This document shows positions 1 through 13,100 of a stretch of DNA of 64,000 nucleotides, piece after piece. The translations under genes were made by a program, and so were the position numbers. Origin of the DNA: Trichoplax adhaerens (taxonomy: Eukaryota > Animalia > Placozoa). The notes under the pieces are model-generated. The model was given only the letters and a program-made list of their open reading frames with translations. It had not been told where the DNA came from and did no database searches. The first letter of the stretch is position 1; every line of letters begins with the position of its first letter. The stretch covers positions 4,669,454-4,733,453 of the forward strand of contig NW_002060946.1 of assembly GCF_000150275.1 (NCBI RefSeq), given 5' to 3'.

Positions 1-1128
1 AAGCAATGGCAAAATGAAGTACAAAATGTAAGATAAAAATAAACATCTAATAAACTATCACTGAGTTATCGCTACCATTCGAAAATAATTGTTAATGATA
101 AATCCCTTGTCCTAGAAAATTGTAATAAATCATTCTTGATAATACATGGTATATGCATCTAAACACTTTTATTCATTTTTTTCTAATGAATTTTAGATGC
201 GAGACCGCGTGAAAACTTTAGAGGAGGAAAATAAAGCTTTATTAGCTAAAACCAAACTTGCAAATCAGTATGAAGATAAAATTAAGGTAAAAGAACTTGC
301 TACTTTCTTATATACGGGTAACTTAATAACGTAAATATTCTCTCTCTCTATTTATATTTTATACGGTAATAAAGCTCTTATCAGTAGATTATTGTAATAA
401 AATACGAAAGAAAATTATTAGATTAATCAGTTGATGCCAAACTATTTTAGGAATTGTTCAGTGAATTGGACAGAGCAATAAAGAAAATTGAAGATCTTAA
501 ATTAGTTAATGAAAAAGTACTGCAAGAAAAAAATAAAATTAGGGAAGAATCTAATAGCTATTACGAAAAAGTGAAAAGTACAAAACAATCTTTAAAAATG
601 TCGACCCAGAGGATCGAAGAATTGGAACGACAAATTAAAATGAAGGAAGAAATTATTAAAGAAGAAACAGCTCAAGTTAACATACTAAGTGAAAAAATCC
701 TATTTACTGGTCGAGAAAATCAAAAACTAATTTCCTCTAATAAAGAATTACAAAAAAAGGTTAAAAAGCGTATACATCAAATGGAAGAATTGGAAAATTC
801 AACTGTATCACTACGTGAAGAAAGGAGTGTATTAGCTGATCAAGTTTCTAATTTATCAGTAGATTTGGAAAGAATGAATAATTTATATGCCAAAGCGGTA
901 AATCCAAGTATGGGCGGGCATTTCAAGGAGTTTGTTAAATTACGCCGTGACTTTAACAACTTAAGAGAAGAGAATGAAACTTTACATTGTAAATTGCGTG
1001 TTAAAATGTCGAATTATTTACCTTTATTAAAAGCTAGCGTTACCTTCAAATCATCTACTAGCAACAAGCTTCACAACAATAGCGATGTGACAAGTAGCCG
1101 ATGGGTTTCGTCCAATTTATTAAAGTAG
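1..1128 (+). CDS. 3' part of a coiled-coil protein gene (begins before the window); exons ~1-27, 197-286, 451-1128
   Basis: Phase-0 GT/AG-bounded exons join in frame (KQWQNEVQN|MRDRVKTLEEENKALLAKTKLANQYEDKIK|ELFSELDRAIKKIED...). E/K/L-rich heptad composition; stop TAG at 1126-1128. Family not recognised. Confidence 0.75.
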
Positions 1129-2083
1129 TTGCTAAATAAAGGTGTCGATCCAATTTACAAGATAGAATATCAACTTTGAAAATTATTAGTTTGCTATCTT
1201 TAATTTTACTGAAAAAATCTACTTCATTTATGTCACTACTGATTTATAATTTTTGATAATTATGATTTATAGTACGCTATAGACACTATCGCGTACACGC
1301 ATTTAATAAACTTTAATCTTGCTAAACAGGGTCCGTAGTAGCATCAACGACTATGATGATTGTAAAACAACGTACTGTACAAAAGTTGATGGGATTGTAT
1401 GTAACAGATCGTAGATATTGCTAGTACAAAACTGCATACATCTGATATTTGTAAATGATTCATTGTATCAATATTTGTTCTAAGAGCATCAAAATTTTAT
1501 TAGCTTCACTTAATTAAAATTGAAGGATCTACTAAAACGACGTTGACTTTGTTAAAATATCTTATTGCCAACATCTTATTACGTATTGCTGTCTAATGTG
1601 CCATCCATTAATCCTAAGTATAAATAACCAGAAATTGTCTATGCAGTTTTTTAAAAGTAGAGGCGAAAAATTCTATCATCTTTTGAAATAATGTACTTAT
1701 GCCTTAAAGTATATGATTTTATCATTTTCTATGTCAACTTTAAAGCCAGCTTTGAAAATATCTAGATGGCATTGCTTAATATTTTTGAAATAATGAGCGG
1801 TACAAAGAATCGAGAAGTTTTTAATCGATTTCCTTATATTACAATTGTGCTTGAATATCATGTCAGCTTATTGATTTAAAAAGATGATTTTTAAATTCGA
1901 AGTAAAGAAATAAAATGATATTTGAATACTTAGTACAATGCGAATACTTGCAAAATAACACATTGCATATATGGACAGCTAGTACTTCATCTCTCTAGAT
2001 GGGTCCGTTATATGAAAGAATTTGATTTGTTCTATCTTAAATTTCATTATTACAAATAGAGAGCTAATATAAAGGCAGCCAAT

Positions 2084-4382
2084 CTAGCGATTGTCTTCAA
2101 CCATAATTGTTCCTCTTTGATATCCTGTTAATTCCACAAGAATATAGCGATAATCGTAGTTACCTCTTGATACCTAGCATCAAAAATTATAAAAAAAAGT
2201 TATTTTTGTGACATCCAATTTTAAACAAAATAATTTTACATCATTAGAGGTAATACACTTTCACGGAGGATTTAATTTAATTTACATATATGTCATCGCA
2301 TAAATCATTAACCTCTTTCAAATCGACGTGTACGGTTCCTTTATTCCTTGTACCATTGATATAATATCTTACTCTCATATAGTTCACGTCGTCGACAATA
2401 TATTCTTGGCTACTGTTAAATTAAAAATTTGTAGTAATGTTAACTTAGGTTAATATCAAATCAATGTACAAGAAAACTTCTTCATTACAATAGGAAAATA
2501 TGGAAAAATAGCAATTACACTAATCTATAAAAAGCAAACGTGATGATAACGTACGTACATGCAGTAAAATAAGTATAGTATTGCTTAAAATAGCGAAATA
2601 GCATCACTATAACAACTTAATGGTACCTAATATTTCGATATCTATTTCTTCCTGACTGATCGCCATGAGCTGTTATTGGAGTGCCAAGAGCATCAATAAC
2701 CTATTAATAGAGAGTCATTACATCTTCACATTGCAATAGTTAACAACACGAATAGTCATGTCCATGACAATATCTCTAAAGAGATGATAAATAAAAAAGT
2801 TCGGATGTTACCTAGACCAGGTATCCTGTATTTAGAAAAAAATTAATTATTATTATGGGAAATAAGTACGTACTTGTTGATTACTCTTGACTAATTTCAG
2901 GGTATGAGAATATATATTATTGGCACTGTTACTGGAGAATAATTCCCTAAAAACGCTCCAGAAGAGGATACCTATATTAAGTAAATTTTTAAAACGTTAT
3001 TGTGATATATACGGGATCGATGTCCTTGCTAAATATTGCGCTACACTGATTGCATTAGCCATTACGCGTTGACAGCAACGCTACTGCTCAGTTGATCATA
3101 ATTACGAGTAATAATGCGATATTAAATTTTTCTGAGGCGGAGTAGAAAACAGTGGACGCGTATGTAAGAATGTACATGGTTCTTTTGCTATTCTAACTAA
3201 AATTAATTTGATAACAATCCTACAATATTTAACATTAGTTTATTTTTACGCTTGTGTAACCTAATATCGATAAGCAAAGGCTATCATTTCGCAATTAGTT
3301 TATCTTACACTAGTAATATACCTGTAATACCAAACCCAATTAGTATAACTCCAAAGTAGCTTGCATCCTTACCGGCTTTAGCAACTGCAAATTATAAAGA
3401 GAAGTCTGATCAGGCTTAATCCTCACCACGATATAATTATTTCACCAATTATGATATGCGTAAACATTCTAAAATTTATCGTGGGTATATTTAATAAGCT
3501 TAATAAGTGTGACGATGTGTTCATAGAACCTCAAATGGGTTATACTTTCTCTTCAGAGAAATACAAGCGCGTACTGTATACTCTTATTAAAGCGCTATAA
3601 AAGTAGTTCTATTCAAGTTCCTGCATTCGTAGAAGAGTTTGCAAAAGTGCCTGTATGGTAATGGTAAAAACGGTCATTTATAGCTTGCGAATGATGCAAT
3701 TATATGCCTTCTATTGCAAGGTAAACTAACAATCGTGCATATTGATTGTCGATAGCAAGTTAACAAAAAGGAGTTTTTTGTAACTGCGGACTGTCCTACA
3801 ATACTAAGACTTGTGTAAGTAAGTGATGGAATAATTAGGACTTTACCATTGTACATAGTACAACATACACGTATACACACAGATCTATTAAGGAGTTGTT
3901 GATAGTCCCTAGGCTACACCATGATTATGGTAGCTTGAGACCATTTCATGAAGTATTGCACATTTTCAGATTGATGTTGAGTTATTTACAGTATATGAAA
4001 ACGTATACAAAGTACGCGTCTATGAGTATTCAGTAGTCGTCTGGGCACCTTTTCTCGCAGTACTTAGTTGAGTTTCCGCCCTAGAATCCGATTCTGTTAG
4101 AGCACTTCGAAATTGCTTCTTCTCATTGTCACTATCCGTGGAATAAAGTTGAGTAATCATCAATATCGCTGGCTTTGGTTGATATTGACGGTATGAAATA
4201 ACGTTGCCAAGAGAAACAGCCGATGATCGACACCATCGAGCATCTATGTTTACAATGCTATAATTTCTACATTGCTTTGGCAATATAGAAAGGAGGCTGC
4301 CGAAGATAGAGGATGATCTATTCGACAACTGATAGATTTTAGTAATACACCGATGGGTTGTAGAAGCGCTAGCAACGATCAT
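2084..4382 (-). CDS. TIMM21: Mitochondrial import inner membrane translocase subunit Tim21 (6 exons)
   Basis: Spliced translation: R/S-rich presequence ...QLSTARK|VAKAGKDASYFGVILIGFGITG|ILFWSVFRELFSSNSANNIYSHTLKLVKSNQQ|VIDALGTPITAHGDQSGRNRYRNIS|SQEYIVDDVNYMRVRLYINGTRNKGTVHVDLKE|VSRGNYDYRYILVELTGYQRGTIMVEDNR*. This matches Tim21 hallmarks (FxELFS, GTV, YxxRYIxVE, TIxxEDNR). Start codon (4382) is less certain than the rest. Confidence 0.9.
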
Positions 4383-5370
4383 ATCTTCACCAGTTTGAAA
4401 TTCTTTGCTTGCCAAGCTTGTTTGACGACAGTCTTGATTTGCTAATGGAACAACGTTGCAGCTTTGCAGGTGGATCTGGGAACTGCTGCAAGTTAGGCAC
4501 AAAAGTAGAGAAGGGACGGACGGAAAATAGCCTTCTCGTACTCTAGAAATGGGTAAGAAGACGATGTTGCTGGTCATTTTAACTATACCGTATATCCGTA
4601 ACCGCTACAGTATATAGCAGTACCAGGCTTACCAGCAACGTTGATAGTACAAGTGCACGGTTCCAAGCATCCAGCTGTACAGTGTACAGTTTACAGTACA
4701 CTGTACTCTGTACTGTACACAATGCACTGTGTGATGTTGGTGGTAATTGGTAATAAGCAAATATTTTACTACATCTATATACAGTATAATATTTGTACAG
4801 TACTGTTAGGGTAGCAGACCTCTGCAAACGAAGTTAAAAGTAAAAGTAAAGCTCACGCCAGCCCAAACCCAGTAACATCAGCCTGCCCATGCAGAGATCT
4901 GCTGTAACGGCACAGTAAAATCGTTTGTAAAAACTTTGAGTTTGCCAACTAACAGTATAAATTATATAGGTTCTAGTCCAGTTGATTGACCAGCCGATAG
5001 TGCTTTGCTTTTTTTCCAGCACAGCTACACCAGTCTACAGTACAGTACAGTACTCAGTGGATCGTTGTACTGTACTGTACACTGATAGCACAGTACAATG
5101 TACTGTACAATTACAAAACCCACAGCAATCGGCTTACTGTACGCAGGCGTACTGTACCATAGCAAAACCATAGGCCTGGGTCCTTTCCTTCCATGTGTCT
5201 GTAGCAGGTTCTGCGGTTGTACAATTACAAAACCCACAGCAATTGGCCTACTGTACGCAGGCGTACTGTACCATAGCAAAACCATACGCCCGAGTCCTTT
5301 CCTTCCATGTGTCTGTAGCAGGTTCTGCGACTTCCTTTAGTCAAAATACGCGGGTAACTTAAAAAGCAAA
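4383..5370. promoter_or_regulatory. Probable bidirectional promoter between TIMM21 and HAUS4
   Basis: Divergent start codons about 1 kb apart; locally higher GC; dense TACAGTA/TACTGTA motifs. Confidence 0.55.
5104..5329. repeat. Two-copy tandem repeat, period 114 bp, in the TIMM21/HAUS4 intergenic region
   Basis: 5104-5215 and 5218-5329 align with about 5 mismatches (tgtacaattacaaaacccacagcaat...ccatgtgtctgtagcaggttctgcg). Confidence 0.95.
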
Positions 5371-7917
5371 ATGGAGCTAACTGAGAAGTGTAAGTAGAAG
5401 GCGACGTCTGCCAACTAGAACCATATTCACACGCTACTGTAGTAGAATTGTGCCACTAGACATCCTTAGCCGATGAGTTTTATTAGCTACTTACAGTATA
5501 TGATTCTGTAATTTGTAAATGCTATCAAAATACGCGTACTGTATTCGTAATGGTGGAAGAATCATCAAGGAATCTTCCTTCTACAGTATGAAAACTACGC
5601 CTGTAGTACTGTATTGACTGCATTTCAATCCAACGGTATTAATTATTGCAAGTGAAAATTACATCTTCACTAGTTCATAGTTAGCTGAAATAGATTAGTA
5701 GACCAACGACTTACTGATAGCTCCCCGTAGAATTGATTTTATTGTCAAGATTCTAATGACTGGCCAGTACACCAACACTACAGCATCAATCGTCCAGTAT
5801 AGTCGAATTGCTTGACAGTAGAACTACTATACTGTAAATGTTTATCCTAGCAAAACTAACCTTGCTATTCTAAAAACGCAGGAAAGCAATTACTTTGAAA
5901 CGGTTAAGGATTGATGGAATGCTTATCCATTTACCAGTATCTTATTTTATTTGAACCTATAGTAGCCGATTCCTTACCGATCGCGATAACCGACGAAGAT
6001 GTAGAGAAAAATCCAGAATTTTGTAAACTACTCGATTCTCTTGCTTACAGATTGACTTCCAACGGTATGACGAGGTCTTTAGATGAAGAATTAAATGCTG
6101 TAAGTGAGATTTTGGACTGAAACATGAAAATGATACCGTTGCATGTACCTTAAAAGTAGTTCTGCTTGATTATTCCATAGATGAAGAAATGTTGATTGCT
6201 ATTATAATCATTACTAAATTAGTTGGTAAATTTATAGGCTAATGAGGAATTAAAGAAACAAAAATTTGCATTTCTACAACAACGGACCGTATTGGATGAA
6301 CTCAAAGAATACTTAACTGAATGTGAATCCCTCCCGAAAAACGGATCGACGTCGATAAAAAACAACCAGGTTGTCTTGACCAATTCTTAAAATATTCGCA
6401 GTACTCTATTTCGTATCGATGCTAGAATACGTTCTAAAAATATTGTTGACTACAGCACTATGCTATAGGTAAACGTCAATGCATATACAATCTAAAAGCT
6501 AACTGATTGCGTAATAAAATTGTTTAGCTACAGCTATGCAAAATCGTAAGCGAATCATTAATGTTGGCTGAACTCAACGATTACGTCAATTTGGGCACTA
6601 CAAAAGACGGTACAAAGCTTGCACTACTTGGTGTTAGTTGTGAACATCTATCGCAGTTGAATCCATGTAAAAGATCTGTGCAACAGGTATGATTCATAAT
6701 TTATGATTAATACATAGATAGGAAATATGCATTATACAGTACATACGTTAACCTGCTTTGTTGCTTCTTCTACCAGTATCTATCTTCGGTACAGCAAGTA
6801 CTAATCCCTGAAATAGAGACTAGGCTCAGGAAGAAATGTGAAAACCTTGCTGAATATTATAATCCTAATAGTCAAGATGGTCAGTTTAGTAAACATTAAT
6901 TTATTTATATACTGTATAAAGTGTCGGCAGCTTAATGTATTATTTTGTTAGCATGAAAGTTAACAGAAACATCTAATTGCACAATATCTTGCATACAAAT
7001 TTACATCTATTGATTCGTATGAATTATTTGCTCTTGCTCATTACTATATACCGTAGATGGCGAACCTATGACGTTTGCTAATATCACTGAGCTACCTGAA
7101 TTAATTGAGCGAGATAAACGTCGTGTTGATGATGAAAAGGCTAATTTAACTAAGGTTGCAGTTCTTCGTCGAAGAAAGTTCTGGCAATACTACCAGGTAT
7201 AGGAAAACATTACTGTATGGCACCAAGCCATGCAACTCTAGTATTTGCAATATTCTTACTTCTGCAATAGCAACTATTTATTGACAGTACGTATCCGTCC
7301 TAGGAAATTCAAAAATGTATCGAAATATTGGATGAGATTATTCGTAAATATCGCTTAAAGTATCAGGCGGACCATGATACAATAACTTGCAATTGGTTTG
7401 CTGCGAAATGTGATGCCATGTGCAACAAATTGAGGTGAGTTTTAAATTAAGAATACCTAAATTATTTATAACAATGTTTTATTATTTTGAAACGGTATTA
7501 CTCCAAATTTATGCATTAATATATATTTTTCCTGACAGTGTACTCGCAAATCATTTACTGAAAGATTCATATACCAATGAAACCGTATCTGCACTAAATC
7601 AGATAAAGTAGGTGGCTGATATTCAGATTATACCAAATGAAAAGAAATGCTTATGTTTACATATATATTGTTAGCATGGTCTTAATGAGCAAATTAGTTA
7701 TCAAACATTCTTTAATATTTGATATAGACATCACTTGGTCACTGCACAAGCTGAAGTAGAAAATGAACTGACAACAATTTCCGAATCATTACGCTCATAT
7801 GAAGCCATTGGAATGGGATTTGATAAAATTGTACTTCAATATGCCGAAATAGCGAAAAGTATCGATGAAAAACGATGGGCGTTATCACAAATTAACGAAA
7901 GTTCAAATCGTACCTGA
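5371..7917 (+). CDS. HAUS4: Augmin/HAUS complex subunit 4 (multi-exon)
   Basis: Exons read MELTEK|LADSLPIAITDEDVEKNPEFCKLLDSL...; LRKKCENLAEYYNPNSQD; KYRLKYQADHD...KCDAMCNKL; LLKDSYTNETV; LRSYEAIGMGFDKIVLQY...EKRWALSQ. These are collinear with recalled HAUS4 motifs (NPxFxKLL, LKKKC..L..YYDPNS, DTYT.E, SYE.LG.EFD, KRWAL). The first micro-exon (5371-5389) is inferred. Confidence 0.85.
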
Positions 7918-10153
7918 TTATAAAATGACACGATGTCCATTCTATTTACGTTCAACTACCTCAGTAAATTGTGTATTAAAAAGGTATATAGAGTCGGTGC
8001 CTATGCTTCAAGATGATTACCATATCAGTTACATTAAACCCTATTCGCTATAGAGACTGCCTCTTATATAATTTACTTTTCATCAATAATTGAAAATATA
8101 AATTCTAAGGTAAAATTTAATGCGTAAGAAGATAATTTTATATACGACAACATGTTACCAACTGAATCTATAATAGCTCAAGTTAGTCAATCTGTTTCAA
8201 CTTTGTAATGTTTTCATCCTAGTAATTACTGAATTCAGTAATACTAGTATACCGCCTTAAAGTAGCAAAACCAACTTCAATACTACACTAGCATCCTGTA
8301 TATATATGTTATTATATATCAAACGTGGAATGTCACTTACTGTATAGTGAACAAGGGTCACAATCTATCTTAATTCTAAATTAGTTACTGTATACTGTAC
8401 TGTATAGTGTTATACTGTATGCTGTCAAGTAACCCGTATAATTAAGCGCCGGAATTTAGTGGCAATAATTAATTAAAATTGCGTTATAGCCAGCTATTTT
8501 TGTAATCAGTCATGTCCAAGATATTCTTAATTATTTGGATGTAAATACTATTGTCGGGATGATGGGATTACTATTTGTTAGGTTACCGCAAATAAATTGA
8601 TTTGAAATGGGAAATCCTTCATTGGTGGATACAAAAACTATGTTTCTGCAATCTATTTATTGTTATTCTTATTGTTTATGATCGGAATCAATAATGCGCA
8701 TAGTCTCTAGGTACTAATTTGTTATAACAAACTAAATCTGTGTAGAGAAAAGTTTGACATTTGCACCGCTGTCATTACTGGGCTTCAATGAAAATCAAGT
8801 AAATGAAAAAAAAGGTTTTATCTAGGTTAGCTACTCCAATTCCTAGTCCGGCAGATAATATGCTGTAAAGACATTTTCAGGTCTTTGGCTTTTCATTTAT
8901 TACAAGTTCAAGAATTGATTTTTATTAGTAAAATTGTATGATTTAAAATCGTTTTATAGATTTTCATTATTATCACAAGTGATATGCTAGAGCAGATCAC
9001 GAATGCATAGATTAACTAATCATAACATGATAATCCATGTAAAATGTTTACTGCAGAACTTCTGTAAGGCTTACTGTAGCCCTATGAATTACGGTATACA
9101 ATGCACTTGTATCATGAAATTTACTTTCGTACATTCTGTGAAAAATTTCGATTAGCTTGTATCATAAGGATCACGATAAAACACATTGCAAATATTGCTA
9201 AATTAACTAAATCTCTGATGTGTCTTAAACGGTTGATCGCGGTCCAACAATTTTATTGCCTAGTAGTTCTTCGAGGCAAATTTCATCATTGGAACAAGGT
9301 GAAACCAGGCGGACTCAGCAATAACAAGTATAAAATATTATTTATATATCAGTAAATTATTTTGTGCTGGCTGCTACCTGTATCTTTATCAGTTCATCTA
9401 GTCAAATTTCAACAATAGAAAATATAAACATGCATATCTTTTTAGACTATACAGGCATAACGTACTATCATGGACAATTCCGACACGTTTGCTAATGGAA
9501 CCTAGTTAATTTAGAAATTATGATAGCTTTTAGTCAGTGAATAGATACCTATCTGGCTATAGAAAGGTTGCAGCATGGCAGTCAAACTAGTGATGATTAA
9601 ATTTCTTAATTCTGCCCTTGGCCTTACCGCGTTTCCAACTATACTTGCGACTTCAAGTTATACTTGCTAATAATTTGCATACGCTGCACCGTAGCAAACA
9701 AATCATCGTTTATTTTTCATCACTAATATAATGATTTTGCATTAATGAAGTAAAAAGATCAACAAACTGCGTCAAAATACGATAAACTGCAACAAAATTT
9801 TATTTGTAAGATGAAGTAAAAATTGCGCTGCCAATTATTCGTGTTGCTTATGTTTCAGCTAGATTTTTAGTCTCGGTATAAGGTATAGCAAGCTAGAACA
9901 GCCTATACAGCTGCGTTCATATCGTAGTTACAACTAAAAAACTTTTGTACAGGCTTAAGCTAGCCTAAATAGTAACAGATGAAATACATAATTAGTTACC
10001 AGACAATCATATACAGGGTAACTATAGTCTTGATAATATTTGTTATTACAATAAATCAGACAGAAAATCTAACAGGGACGAAGTTAAACAAAAAGTTATA
10101 ACCTCAATAAACAATTGTACCGTATAGCATAAAATACCACGGGCATGATATTA

Positions 10154-13100
10154 TTAAACGAGTATTAAATCATCGTCACTATCCACAATTTCCAGCCGGG
10201 AACGTTTGACGCTTGGATAGTCTAAATCATCTGCGGTTCGTTTCGTTTGTCCGATATTGTTACGACTATTAGACTCATCTTCTGTTGATGGTATATCACC
10301 TTCAATTTCAAATTCTCCATCTATTAAAGAATTGCTGTAAAAATTATAGATTTTACAATCGTTAATTTCGAGCTACTGATAAAAAGCAATCTGGGTGGCA
10401 TAAGAACATACTCATGGATGACTTTTAACTTTAGTGAGTAATTTTGTAAGAAATCGTCTGCTTTCAACTGAGAGCCGTTACGGATACCAAACTGTGACAA
10501 TTTGCAATTGATAATGTCTGAAATTTACCAATAAATTATAATAGTTTAAGTCTAGAACGATATCGTAGGTTCCCAAAGTATTTGACATCAATAAAAAATG
10601 TATGATATGACCTTCTGTTTCCCCTTCTTCACTAGAAATTAAAATTCTTCCTGTAGGTGAGGTAGAATACAAGCATTGCTTCTGGTTAACCATACGTACA
10701 TACAATTAATTATCACATAAGCTGTACAGTAGCTTGCATATAGGTTCACATACCCGATCCATCGTCAACTTCAACATCAGGAGCAATCATTCCGATCCTT
10801 TTCTTTAAAATCTGAGGAAAATTGAATCGCTAAATCAGTCATAGTGTAAATTTAGCAAACCATTAAAATGAACTACTGTACCAACCTCTTCCCCGAGATG
10901 TCTTATTGTAATATCATCTATATTAATTCTAATACATACCTACAAGATAATGACAAATAGTTTCGATAGCGTGAACAAGGTAATTAACTGTAAATTATTT
11001 ATCCATTTAGCAGCCACAGTACCTCAGGCTTTGAGGAACAAACATAGCATCCCTTATTGGGTTTCTCAAGCAAACATGGGATAATTAATTTTTTCATAGT
11101 TAGATTATTCTTGTACATTATCACCTATAAAAACATCCAAAACATACGATAAGAAATGTGCATACTCGTAGCTATTCATGCTCTATTAGGGAACGTCATT
11201 CACAAGCACTTACAGTTCGACACAAATCTAGCCTCCCTTTTAGAATTTTTAAGGCCTCAGTTACTATTAGACCAGCAACAATTGCGTTCGTAGTAGCAAT
11301 TGCTGGTATAATATTTCCTGCCATGGCTATAGTGATTAACATTTTAAAAAAGTTACATCAGCTATAGTACCGATTTTAAATCAAGTTTCAAGGTACTATA
11401 TCAAACAAACAACTTTCTCAACGGAAGAATTACAATTCGTTAACAGCTTACATTTAACGTCGAACAGACTTTTCAATGGTATACCAAAAACATGAGCTCT
11501 CACATTTGCTGAACTTGCTACAAAATGCATAGCCACGTCATCATCCTTTATTTCGGGATATGTATATGTATGTCAATTATACAGACTATTGAAGATTAAA
11601 GTGATAAAACACAGAAAATCTATCATGACTGACCTTATCCCAAATTAAGTAAGATTTCGACATCTCCAATCGCTTTTTCAGCGAAGTAACGCTAAATTAT
11701 AAAGTGAATTTTTAGACCAAAGTTGCACTGCATAAAGTGAGGGCCGCATACGTATCCGAGATATGCATACAGTATAACAATACTTTCTTTACAAGTTACC
11801 TGTGTAAAAATTCTTGTACACATTCATGAATGTTCCAAACTAATTGATCTTTCAAAACAGTGTTATCATTACTGTTATTGCCATTGTTATTACAAGTACT
11901 TCCATCAACTTTACCTACACATTGTTAATTAGAGCGTTAGTGAATTAGTAATTGATGCAGAAATTGTTACAATACTTGATACATAAAACAGCTGTCACCT
12001 TCCAATAAGTTATCAAAATCTAATGGCACAGGTGGCTTTCTTTTTTGCCAAAGTTTGTCCATCTTTAGTAAGTACTTTATGTCATCTTGAAATAACTAAG
12101 ATTAACCAAGTACTTTTATGAGTAATCTCGAAAAAGTTTGTACATTTTGTCAGATAGTGTAGGTATTCAATAACCTTTCGTAATAATAACTGGGGATCAT
12201 AACCCACAGATTCTGCCCAGGGCCGGGTTGAAATTTTAAGATTACTATCAGAGCCCTGGTCGATTTGCTTGTTCGCATCTATATAAGCGTAGTGAATAGA
12301 GGAGTTAGTTCGTTTTCAATTCATCTTCGACTTCTTTCAGGCTTGACCGGGAAGCAATTTCATAAAGCCGTGGAACAAGGAAATACTAAAGAATGTTCAC
12401 TGCATGATTAAATATATACCTGTAGCTTCAGGATCTTCGGCATCCGGAGTAACTTCGTTATCTTCATCAAGCTCTGCAAATAATTGGCTGCATCGGAAAA
12501 ATTTGAATAGGAAATTATTAAATAATTATAACTTGTTAATATCGATAGTATCAACACATTAAGTACTAACTTAAATAAATGTTTCGCCCAAACTATACAA
12601 TGAATTGGCTCTGTTGGGGTATTACGTATAGTACAACTGGGATAGCTTTTTTGAGTAGGCTTTGGTTGGCATTCGTAGCACTCAGTTTCTCCCTATATGC
12701 AAATTAGTATAAGGGTGGTAACAACTTAACAAAATGAAATAATCAATTATGCAGTATTCTTTGCGTACATAATCCATTGTAAGTGACTGATGAACGATTA
12801 ATAAAGGAGACCGATATTGCTATATGAATTAATAGCAACTATATTGGACACATATATTACCAGATCTGATAAAACGTGATAACTAATTTAATAAAGAAAA
12901 AGTCATGAAAGTTTTGCTAAATATCTTACTTTCAACACTAAATTATGTCTATCTTTATCTATGAAAGAATTAAATTACAGCTAAATTGTTATTTCACGTA
13001 GTTATTGTAAAGAAAATTTGCCTTTTTGATAACCGTTACTTGACCAAGATAGCCTGCGCTGCCACTTTCTATTAGGGGTACATCAGCAGCTAAGCACATT

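Noticed and set aside
4579-5340. Several short overlapping ORFs
   Set aside because: By-products of TACAG/CTGTA runs and the 114-bp duplication in a promoter region.
12785-12870. C/D-box-like TGATGA...CTGA in a UBA2 intron
   Set aside because: Antisense to the host gene, no terminal stem, no recognisable rRNA guide.
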